From a virus (lineage: Duplodnaviria; Caudoviricetes): 42,546 bases of DNA. Each line of letters starts with the position of its first letter. Within the stretch, counting starts at the first letter, position 1. This document shows positions 23,753-31,553 of this stretch, one piece after another. Under the pieces are notes generated by a model. It saw only the letters and a program-made list of their open reading frames with translations. It made no database searches and was not told where the DNA came from. The translations under genes were made by a program, and so were the position numbers. The stretch spans positions 1-42,546 of IMG/VR virus record IMGVR_UViG_3300037440_000362; one strand, 5' to 3'.

Positions 23753-24918
23753 CGTGGGGCGAGTGCTGGGATGCGGTCCGTCTCATAGTGACAACCAGCC
23801 GCAGGCGGTCGGACGCACTGGCGAGGGTGTCAGCCCTGCGCCGGGAGAGAACCACCTGGGCAGCCCTGTCCCGGGCGTGGAGAAGGCAGGTTCGTGTGGG
23901 AGCTGAGAAGACCGGGACAGCGGGCGAGGCGTTGGGCACCGCCACCGGGGGCGTCATCACCGAGGTTGGTCCGGGGCTCTTTCTTGAGCAGGGCACCTCA
24001 GACGAGCAGCCGCACACGAGGCCTACTACTGCGGTTGACCTGCTGAACGGGCTTGAGCCACAACAACGGGAGTGGGTGGAGAGGATCCGGCAGACCCGTC
24101 AGCGGGTGTGGGGTGACGAACCAAGCTCGCAGCCCAGTGGTCAGAAGCACCTGGTCATCCCAGACACGCAGACCGAGTGGGGCGTCCCTCTGGATCACTT
24201 CAAGTGGATCGGTCGCTACATCGTGGCCAAGAACCCCGACACGGTCATTCACCTCGGGGACCACTGGGACTTTCCTAGCCTGTCGAGCTACGACAGCCCA
24301 ACAAAGAAGGCTGCCACGGGACAGTGCAAGCGACGCGACATCGACGCTGGCAACAAGGCCCTCGAGATGATCGACGAGGAGCTGGTCAAGGGAGGATGGA
24401 AGGGCCGTAAGGTTCTGCTCGAGGGGAACCACGACGGCTTCTCCGCGGGTGGTCGCCCTGCGCGGTACCTCGACAATCATCCCGACGACCGGGGCATCCT
24501 GAGCCAGGACATGCTGGCTGACTCGTGGCTGGGTTGGGAGCGAGTTCCCTTCCTCAAGCCCATCGAGATCGACGGGGTGCTGTACTGCCATCTGTTCCCG
24601 TTGAACAGGGACGGGACAGCCACCGCGCACGCGATGCGACAAGGGGCGGCCAACGCCAAGGTGCAGGTCGCTGCTGTTGGACAGAGTTGCACGGCCGGGC
24701 ACAAGCAGGGGCTGGACACCCATATCCTCTGCCCGCCTTACAGCCGCACGAGGCGGGGTGTCGTGGCCGGTAGCTGCTACCTCCACGAAGCGGAGTACCT
24801 CGGACCGGCGAAGTATTGGAGGGGCGTCCTGGTCAAGCATGCTGTTGGCCCGGACAACCCGAATCACTACGACTTGATGGAGGTCAGTCTGGACTTCCTG
24901 AAACGGAGGCACGGATGA
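23749..24918 (+). CDS. Calcineurin-like metallophosphoesterase
   Basis: IPDTQ, HLGDHWD, GNHD, YCH, GHKQG; about 130-aa N-terminal extension. Confidence 0.85.
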   Translation: MTWGECWDAVRLIVTTSRRRSDALARVSALRRERTTWAALSRAWRRQVRVGAEKTGTAGEALGTATGGVITEVGPGLFLEQGTSDEQPHTRPTTAVDLLNGLEPQQREWVERIRQTRQRVWGDEPSSQPSGQKHLVIPDTQTEWGVPLDHFKWIGRYIVAKNPDTVIHLGDHWDFPSLSSYDSPTKKAATGQCKRRDIDAGNKALEMIDEELVKGGWKGRKVLLEGNHDGFSAGGRPARYLDNHPDDRGILSQDMLADSWLGWERVPFLKPIEIDGVLYCHLFPLNRDGTATAHAMRQGAANAKVQVAAVGQSCTAGHKQGLDTHILCPPYSRTRRGVVAGSCYLHEAEYLGPAKYWRGVLVKHAVGPDNPNHYDLMEVSLDFLKRRHG

Positions 24919-25052
24919 ACAACGAAGACGCGGGCATTGCTTGCCTCGCCGGTGTTGTGGTTGGCCTGCTCTCGGGCATCCCTCTCGGCGCCTTCCTCTA
25001 CGAGGCACTGGGAGAGTTCTCTCTGTTCATTGACCTGTGGTGGCTGGGATGA
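24915..25052 (+). CDS. Small membrane protein (45 aa)
   Basis: ATGA overlap, GGAGG RBS, hydrophobic helix. Confidence 0.55.
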   Translation: MNNEDAGIACLAGVVVGLLSGIPLGAFLYEALGEFSLFIDLWWLG

Positions 25053-25216
25053 GTTCCGAGACCAAAACACTGTCCGAGGAGATTTCGACTCTGACCGACA
25101 AGCTGTCCAGGGAGGCGAAAGACGCCCTAAAGCGGGCATGGACCGCCGGGTGGGAGGTAGGGTACAAAGAGGCCCGCAGGCAGTTCGAGTACCCCCGAGA
25201 TGCGATTGACATGTAG
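25049..25216 (+). CDS. Hypothetical protein (55 aa)
   Basis: MSSETKTLSEEI...AWTAGWEVGYKEARRQF; ATGA overlap; below the ORF-track cut-off. Confidence 0.5.
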   Translation: MSSETKTLSEEISTLTDKLSREAKDALKRAWTAGWEVGYKEARRQFEYPRDAIDM

Positions 25217-25234
25217 GTGTGGTATACTGACCCT

Positions 25235-25501
25235 ATGCGGTGGCTGCTGATCTTCGGGGCGCTGGTGGTGGGGTGCGACATCGAGGAGGGCATCGACCCT
25301 CCCCCACCCGACGCGGGGCCCCCCTGCGTGGCCGCCGAGGCCGACTACTGCGAGGCCATCAACCAGCCCCCAGACTGCTGGAACGTTCCCTGCTCCTGTG
25401 CTGAACACGAGCGTGTGTGCGACAACGAGAAAGTCTGCGGGTACTGGGAGGACTGCTACCAGTGCAGGTCGAGATTCTACTGCTCTTGTGAGGAACCATG
25501 A
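25235..25501 (+). CDS. Cys-rich lipoprotein
   Basis: MRWLLIFGALVVGC lipobox-like signal, PPPPDAGPP linker, many Cys. Confidence 0.7.
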   Translation: MRWLLIFGALVVGCDIEEGIDPPPPDAGPPCVAAEADYCEAINQPPDCWNVPCSCAEHERVCDNEKVCGYWEDCYQCRSRFYCSCEEP

Positions 25502-25710
25502 GCTTCTTCGTAGAGGTGAAGGGCGTCCTGCCCCACACCGCGGTGGTAACGTTTAGCTTCGAGGGAGACGGAACAGTATCCGTCGAGGTCGAGCGCAAAG
25601 GGGAGCTGTTTGACTTCCTCTGTGCTGGTGTCAGCGAGGAGGCGTTTTTCGCTGCGGTCCGCGAATGCGCGGGCAACCGAGGAATGAAGCTAGTCCCCAA
25701 AGACGACTAA
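25498..25710 (+). CDS. Hypothetical protein
   Basis: ATGA overlap, GAGG RBS; last plus-strand gene. Confidence 0.6.
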   Translation: MSFFVEVKGVLPHTAVVTFSFEGDGTVSVEVERKGELFDFLCAGVSEEAFFAAVRECAGNRGMKLVPKDD

Positions 25711-25729
25711 ACCGCGGTAAACTCGGTAT

Positions 25730-25772
25730 AAAAAGAAACCCCCGAGGGCATTACGCTCCCGGGGGTTTCTTG
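25730..25772. terminator. Bidirectional intrinsic terminator between the convergent arms
   Basis: AAGAAACCCCCG(25733-44)...CGGGGGTTTCTT(25760-71) with A and T tracts on either side. Confidence 0.85.
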
Positions 25773-25780
25773 TGTCTAGT

Positions 25781-26182
25781 CTATTCCCAGGCCCTGGCCC
25801 GCAAGCCACAGCCCTCTAAGATTTCGGGGTACCTGGCCCAACGGTGGTCCGAGCAGAAAATCTCCTGCCCGCCGACCAGGTATCCCTGCCCCAAGCCGTA
25901 GCCCAGGACGCTCGAGACCAGCAGTCTGGCCAGCCCCTCGCCGCGTCTCTCCTGAGCCACGTAGACGCCCACCACGGGGAGGTAGTCCACTTCGTGGGTG
26001 ACCATCCCCCAACCGCAGGGGCGGCCCTTAGAGAGCGTTACAGAGGCGTACGTAGTCCCGTCCGAAAAGGTCCAGCTCCAGCACCCCCACGGCACCGGCC
26101 CGAGGGAGAGGTCCCGCATGGCCAACCGCCGGCCAACTGGGTGCTCACGCATGAGAGCGGAGACAACAGTTATCCCCTCCAC
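25781..26182 (-). CDS. GNAT-family acetyltransferase
   Basis: VGVYVAQERRGEGLARLLV motif A. Confidence 0.75.
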   Translation of the reverse strand: MEGITVVSALMREHPVGRRLAMRDLSLGPVPWGCWSWTFSDGTTYASVTLSKGRPCGWGMVTHEVDYLPVVGVYVAQERRGEGLARLLVSSVLGYGLGQGYLVGGQEIFCSDHRWARYPEILEGCGLRARAWE

Positions 26183-27213
26183 CTTCGGCCACCGGCCCCG
26201 ATGTCAATATGAAGCCACCCGCCGTCCTCGCGCGGGTAGACACCCACACCACCGTCTGGAACTGCCCCGGAGTCGATAAGCTCCTCGTACACCCGGGCCA
26301 GCTCGTCAGCGGTGAGGTCACGGCTGTGAAGGTCAAGTGCTCCTGCCTGGAGATGCTGGCTGCGCTTGGCTCCCTGGACCTTGTGGTTGTAGTCCGGGGT
26401 GCGGTACCCCGAGCGAACGACCAGCGGCCCCACCCTGTCCCGGAGGATTTGAGCTCGACGGGTGACCTCGGTAGCCTGCTTGTAGAAGCTCCTCGGGACC
26501 GGGACACCGCACCTACAAGCCAGGTCGGGGATGGTGAAGTCCTTGGTGAACCGCCGAATGGCAGCCTCCTTCAGGGCCTTGGTACGCAGGGCACGGATGT
26601 TTCGCGCGGGAGCCACGAAGAACTCCCCCACGTCCGCGTGGATCTCAGACCCTGCGCCGAAGCCCAGAAACTCCACCGAGAGCCCGACAAGCCGACCCTG
26701 TTCATCCCAGACACCCCCGCCCGAGCTTCCAAACCAGAACGAGGAGTCGATGCGGTACCGCCCGTCGTAGGCGGCTGACAACGTGCCCCGGGTGACTGAG
26801 AGCTGCCGGGCTTTGGTGTACTTGTGGTACGGGTGGCCCACCGCGATGACCCGCTGACCCACGTAAGGGTCAGGAGAGAAAACCGCCGAGCGGGCGTTCA
26901 GTCCAGGGACCTCGATAACCGCCACGTCCCACGCACTGTCCCGTAGCAGGGGATAAGCGGTCAGCCGGTCCACGGTTAGCTCGCAGCCATCCACAGCCAC
27001 GTGAGCCGCAGTAGCTACGAGGTCATCACCGAGGTAGACCCCGGAGCCCCAACCGGAGCCCTCGGAGCAGTTCACGCTTACGACCGTGGTCTGAGCAACC
27101 AGACTGTTAACAAAGTCCCTGTCCGAGCCGTTGGCCGCTTCGACCGGAGGGAGTGAGCCCGACTGACACGCAACAGCGAGCAGTAGGACGAGCAGCACCA
27201 GGAGCTGCTTCAC
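26170..27213 (-). CDS. Endolysin: lipoprotein signal + trypsin-like serine protease + peptidase M15A
   Basis: LLAVAC lipobox; GSG..TAAHV / DVAVI / GSSGGG triad; SGYR..YN..V.GA..SQH...ALD and WLHID Zn motifs. Confidence 0.85.
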   Translation of the reverse strand: MKQLLVLLVLLLAVACQSGSLPPVEAANGSDRDFVNSLVAQTTVVSVNCSEGSGWGSGVYLGDDLVATAAHVAVDGCELTVDRLTAYPLLRDSAWDVAVIEVPGLNARSAVFSPDPYVGQRVIAVGHPYHKYTKARQLSVTRGTLSAAYDGRYRIDSSFWFGSSGGGVWDEQGRLVGLSVEFLGFGAGSEIHADVGEFFVAPARNIRALRTKALKEAAIRRFTKDFTIPDLACRCGVPVPRSFYKQATEVTRRAQILRDRVGPLVVRSGYRTPDYNHKVQGAKRSQHLQAGALDLHSRDLTADELARVYEELIDSGAVPDGGVGVYPREDGGWLHIDIGAGGRRWRG

Positions 27214-27216
27214 CCC

Positions 27217-27492
27217 TTACTTGGTGCGGTGGTCGCGAACCGAGCCACCCTCACGAGCAACACGGGCGGGCGGAAGGGCAGCCGGCACAGGTGCGGGCGG
27301 GAGGTACTTCGGGACGTTGAGGGCGAGCTTCTCGAGCCAGTACCGGGCGGTACCCAGCCAACCCTCGACCTCGGTGATGGTATCGTTCTTGGCGACCTTG
27401 TTGACGCCGGCCAGGACAACCGAAGCGCCAGCGACAACCAGGGCAGCGGCCTGGACAATGTCAAGCCCGTAAGTGGTGATGAAATCGAACAT
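27217..27492 (-). CDS. Putative holin
   Basis: Small, with an N-terminal TM helix and a charged C-terminus; directly upstream of the endolysin. Confidence 0.55.
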   Translation of the reverse strand: MFDFITTYGLDIVQAAALVVAGASVVLAGVNKVAKNDTITEVEGWLGTARYWLEKLALNVPKYLPPAPVPAALPPARVAREGGSVRDHRTK

Positions 27493-27545
27493 GTTTGTTC
27501 CCTATCGGTTTAGTTTCGTACGCCCAGAACAGGGCACGGTCGCCC

Positions 27546-28367
27546 CTAGAAGCGGGCGAAGAAATTCACAAGAGTGGCGCGCTCGGTGGCGGTGAGGGCG
27601 GTCCCGTCCCAGGCGGCAACGCAGTCGATCAAGGTGCCGGGCTCCGACGTGTCGCCCGACCCGCGATTACCAACCGTCACCGGCTCTGTGTTCGTGAGGG
27701 CGCCTAGGCCCGCGATGGATACGGTGGTCGCGCTCAGGTCGGTGGTCAGATGGAGTTCGTCGGCGTCGCGATCGATCACCATCACAATCGGGGTCCAGCG
27801 ACCACGGTAGTTCCCAGACGGGGTGTGGGTCACCCCGTCTGGGCCGGGGTCTAGGATGATCTGGATCGCCCCTGCCGCGGTCACACGAATCAGCCAGCCA
27901 GGGAAGTAGTTACTCAGCAAGGGACACGACGCCCCGTCATCATCCGGGGGAACCCACACCTGGAGAAGGACGCTGATCGACGTGTCGGTCGGGGAGTCCA
28001 GGTATGTCGTGGAGGCGATGTTGAGTTCGGCGCCGTCGTCGGCCAGCGCGATTCCCTGTCCGAGTGGGGTCACCACGCCGCGGGTTACGGTCCCGGCCGC
28101 CACCGCGAAGTCGTTGGACCCGATCCGGTCCGCGAAGTCGCCGGCGGCCTCGTCGAATAGCCAAAGTCCGTCCGGGGTCGTCACGCCAGGCAACGCAGCA
28201 GCCCACGTCGTAGCGTCGTACGGAACAGTGGACACCCACCGGGTCATGCCGCCGTTGTGCTCGCGGCTCTGCATCGAGGCAAACCTCCGCGGCGAAGCGA
28301 GGCAGGTGCCCCCGTTGCCAACCATGGAGCCGCCCCTGTTGTGGGCTCTCCCTCTACCGGTAAGCAC
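27546..28367 (-). CDS. LamG/concanavalin-like tail or receptor-binding protein
   Basis: LWLFDEAAG..ADRIG, GRWTPIVMVIDR, IDCVAAWDGTALTATE pattern. Confidence 0.6.
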   Translation of the reverse strand: MLTGRGRAHNRGGSMVGNGGTCLASPRRFASMQSREHNGGMTRWVSTVPYDATTWAAALPGVTTPDGLWLFDEAAGDFADRIGSNDFAVAAGTVTRGVVTPLGQGIALADDGAELNIASTTYLDSPTDTSISVLLQVWVPPDDDGASCPLLSNYFPGWLIRVTAAGAIQIILDPGPDGVTHTPSGNYRGRWTPIVMVIDRDADELHLTTDLSATTVSIAGLGALTNTEPVTVGNRGSGDTSEPGTLIDCVAAWDGTALTATERATLVNFFARF

Positions 28368-28786
28368 TAGCGATACTCGGCGCGATGCCAGACCACGTCG
28401 AGGTCCACTGCTGTGGAGGTACCCCCGATGGCAACCACCTGCGCGTAGAGGCGGCCGAACAGCGACAGGTTTTCCACCGCTTCGTAATGACGGATCTCGT
28501 CAGCACCACTCTCCTCGATGGGGGCGCCACCATTCATCCAGCCCGACCGGTTGACGGCGTCACCTGCCCCGGAGCCGATCGATAGAGGGAACCACTCGTC
28601 AAACTCGGGCTGGTAGCCCCAAAGCCTGACAGTGACCTCCATGTCGCCAGAGCCTGCGGTCGAGCGTAGAAACAGGTCAACGCGGTCTACACCGCTGGGC
28701 TTGACCACTCCGTCGGTGGCGGCACTGGGCTGGGCGCTGGTAGCCGTGGCCGCAGCCAGAAGCTCCGCAGTTCGTACAAGGGACAT
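28367..28786 (-). CDS. Probable virion structural protein
   Basis: Beta-rich ORF coupled within the structural operon. Confidence 0.5.
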   Translation of the reverse strand: MSLVRTAELLAAATATSAQPSAATDGVVKPSGVDRVDLFLRSTAGSGDMEVTVRLWGYQPEFDEWFPLSIGSGAGDAVNRSGWMNGGAPIEESGADEIRHYEAVENLSLFGRLYAQVVAIGGTSTAVDLDVVWHRAEYR

Positions 28787-28787
28787 C

Positions 28788-31553
28788 TTATCTCTCCGTC
28801 ATTCTCTGCGCCTTGGTCATATGCTCGTCGGTCTTGGGCGTTCCCTGCGACGGTCGGGGCGCGTTTGCCTGGGCCTGCTCGGCCTGTTGTTGAAAGATGC
28901 TCTGGAGCATCTGCATCACGTCCGGGGCCATCGAAGCCTCGACCGGGACATCGAACATCACAGAGAGCTGGAGCCGACCGCTGTAGCTGAGGTTCTGCCG
29001 CAGCTCGGTCATGTTCTCCACGATCGCCATCTGCATCTCTTCGAACAGTGCGGGGTACAGCGTCTTCACTGTCTCCACGGCTTCCACCGCCACGACACCC
29101 TCACCGAGGTCATCGAGCAGCGACATCGGGTCCTCTGCGGCTCGGATGTAGCGAGCCCACCGCGACACCTCCGTGGGGCTGGGGACTTCCTTGCCCTGTC
29201 CAAGATTCATGAGGATTTCGTTCCGCTGGACAGAGGGCATTTTCGAGGCGAGGAACATCATCCGAGCCCAAATGGCGTCCTGTAGCTGGGCTCCGGTTGA
29301 GGGGTTGAGTGCAGTGACCGGGGCAGTCGAGAGCGTAATGCGGTCGCGCATCTCAGACTCATTGGCCAGTGCATCTCGTAGCTCCTTGGCCCGGGCTTTG
29401 TAGCCCTGCTCCTCTTTGCGGTCCTGCGCGTCGTAGAACTTGACGCTGTTGAGCACCTTGCTGGAACTGGCCAGCACAGCACGCCGGGCGTGGTTCGAGG
29501 TGAGAGCCTTGACCGCCTTGCTTGCCTTGCGATGAACGATGGCAGGAACTGCTCCTGCAAGCATTGGGATGGCGCTCATTCGGCTACCAGCAAAGCCGAT
29601 AACCCGTTTGACTGCGTTCCGCCGGATGCGGGGCAGTGCGCCAGTACCCCGGGACACGGGAGCGATGAAGCCCTCCATGCTGCCCTGCATGACGCGGTTC
29701 ATCAGGGAGTTCTGTTTGCGTGCGTGACCGCGGAGAAAGCGGCCCGCGGCGTACACCTTGAGCAGCGCGTCAGCGGTTGGCCCGAACACTCCGACCTGCT
29801 CCACGTTGACCAGACCAATAAGGTCCGCAGCGGCCACGGCGTCGAGGGCGTTGAGCTTGTCGAGCACCCCCTTCGGAAGGTTCTTCTCAATACCGCTCAG
29901 GACAGCGCGGTGGCCAAACTTCTCCCCGACCCCCACGCGCCCGCCAAGGAACGTGTCGAGCCTGGTGGCCGCCTTCTGGTACACGTCCAGCCGGCGCAGG
30001 ATGTTGACCGCCTCCTCGGGGTTGGAGTCGAAGAACTTGCCGAGGTTGAAATCGTCGCCGACAGACTTACGCAATACGTTGCGGGCTTTGTTGAACTGCT
30101 CGACTGCCTCGGGCAGCTTTGCATACTGCGCGCGCGCGCGAGCCATAGCCTCGTCTGCCGGCAGCGCCCGCGAGGTAAGCGGAGGCTGGGCGAACTGGTC
30201 GCCCTGTCGCGAAGTGAGAGCTGCCTCGTCGAGGAGGTCAAGTTGCCGCCCCGGGGTGGAGCCCAACTCGAGGTCCATCTGCTGCGACGGGACTGTCTCG
30301 TCAGCCTGCCGAGCCGCTCGGGCTAGCGCGGCCTCGTTAACATCATCCGCCATGCGGCTGACCTGCGGCCTGGCCTGTGACCCAGTCTGGAACGGGCGCT
30401 GATACTCACCCCCGCGGCCAAAGTAGGAGCCTTCGGATCTCGCCGGCTGCCCCCGCAGTCTTGCAGCGTAGTCTCGGATCTCCTCGCGGGACATGCGCCC
30501 TGCCCTGGAGGGTGTAGCCCCGAGGTCCATCTCAAGCTGACCCGGTTCCCCCGCGGGGACTACATCATCAGCCAAAAGACTGAGCTGCTCCGCGTCTCTG
30601 GGAGAGGTTGGCGAAAGCTCGTCCGCTCGGCTGAGCAGCGGGGAGTCCGGCCGGCTTGCAACATCCTCGGAGAACTCGCGGAAGGCCCGCTGGCGGATGA
30701 TCTCCTCGGGGTTGATGCCGGCTAGCTCGTTGTCAATGACGCGGAGGTCTGCACCCAGCTGGCCCACGAAGTCGTCTGCACCGGTCGGGGCAGTGAGCTT
30801 GCGGACCGCGCTACCGAGGGCTCCGAAAGCCCCTCCGACTCCAGCGCCGAGAGCGGCCCCGGTCAGGATATTCTTGGTCTTGAGCTGGCTGGCAATGGAC
30901 TCGACGGTGAACGGGTCGTCCGAAAGGGCGGCCTGGCCCAGGGCGTGCCCAGTCTCCCACGCTGTGCCCTCCAGGAGGCCCGCTGTGGCCCCTCGAGCCG
31001 TCGATGCACCCAGCCCCCGCCCACCACCGACCAGGCTCCTAGCGGCCTTCTCAGAGGCTCTGGCGACAGCTCCTGCTGGGGTGGCCCTAGCAGCGGCCCC
31101 GAGGGCTCCGGCACCGCCCGTGAAGGCCATGGGAGCCACGCTGCCGAGGATCTCACCACCGACAGCGAGGTAGGGGTTACGCTCCCTGCGCTGGCGCATG
31201 GCGAAGGCGTCCGCCCCAAGGGCTCGGAGCAATACGTCTGAGCCGCTGAACGTGGCACCACGGGCCAGGGCCTCGACCAGGGCGGTGAGATTCTGGCTAC
31301 CGTAGACCTCGTCCAGCTCGTGCTCTTGGGCGCGTACATCGCGGTCCGCCTCGGACTCTGGGGTGAGCCCCGACTGCACCGCAGCGTCGTAGCCCTCCTC
31401 GGGCGCGTAGACAGGCTGCCCCGTCTCGGGAGCCACCAAGGCCGGGGTACCGATGGGCTCGTAGCGGCCAGGGTTCTTGGCCAGCGTGGCCTGCACCTCC
31501 TCAGAGGGGATGAAGACCGGATCGCCTGTTTGCTTGTCGAGAAATGCTGGCAT
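28788..31553 (-). CDS. Large internal virion / DNA ejection protein (921 aa)
   Basis: Gly/Ala-rich amphipathic segments (ARGATF..SD, GALGAAA); third of three such genes after the tail-tube gene. Confidence 0.65.
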   Translation of the reverse strand: MPAFLDKQTGDPVFIPSEEVQATLAKNPGRYEPIGTPALVAPETGQPVYAPEEGYDAAVQSGLTPESEADRDVRAQEHELDEVYGSQNLTALVEALARGATFSGSDVLLRALGADAFAMRQRRERNPYLAVGGEILGSVAPMAFTGGAGALGAAARATPAGAVARASEKAARSLVGGGRGLGASTARGATAGLLEGTAWETGHALGQAALSDDPFTVESIASQLKTKNILTGAALGAGVGGAFGALGSAVRKLTAPTGADDFVGQLGADLRVIDNELAGINPEEIIRQRAFREFSEDVASRPDSPLLSRADELSPTSPRDAEQLSLLADDVVPAGEPGQLEMDLGATPSRAGRMSREEIRDYAARLRGQPARSEGSYFGRGGEYQRPFQTGSQARPQVSRMADDVNEAALARAARQADETVPSQQMDLELGSTPGRQLDLLDEAALTSRQGDQFAQPPLTSRALPADEAMARARAQYAKLPEAVEQFNKARNVLRKSVGDDFNLGKFFDSNPEEAVNILRRLDVYQKAATRLDTFLGGRVGVGEKFGHRAVLSGIEKNLPKGVLDKLNALDAVAAADLIGLVNVEQVGVFGPTADALLKVYAAGRFLRGHARKQNSLMNRVMQGSMEGFIAPVSRGTGALPRIRRNAVKRVIGFAGSRMSAIPMLAGAVPAIVHRKASKAVKALTSNHARRAVLASSSKVLNSVKFYDAQDRKEEQGYKARAKELRDALANESEMRDRITLSTAPVTALNPSTGAQLQDAIWARMMFLASKMPSVQRNEILMNLGQGKEVPSPTEVSRWARYIRAAEDPMSLLDDLGEGVVAVEAVETVKTLYPALFEEMQMAIVENMTELRQNLSYSGRLQLSVMFDVPVEASMAPDVMQMLQSIFQQQAEQAQANAPRPSQGTPKTDEHMTKAQRMTER

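Noticed and set aside
25206-25228. TTGACA...TATACT as a canonical -35/-10 pair
   Set aside because: The spacer is only 11 bp; only the extended -10 is retained as plausible.
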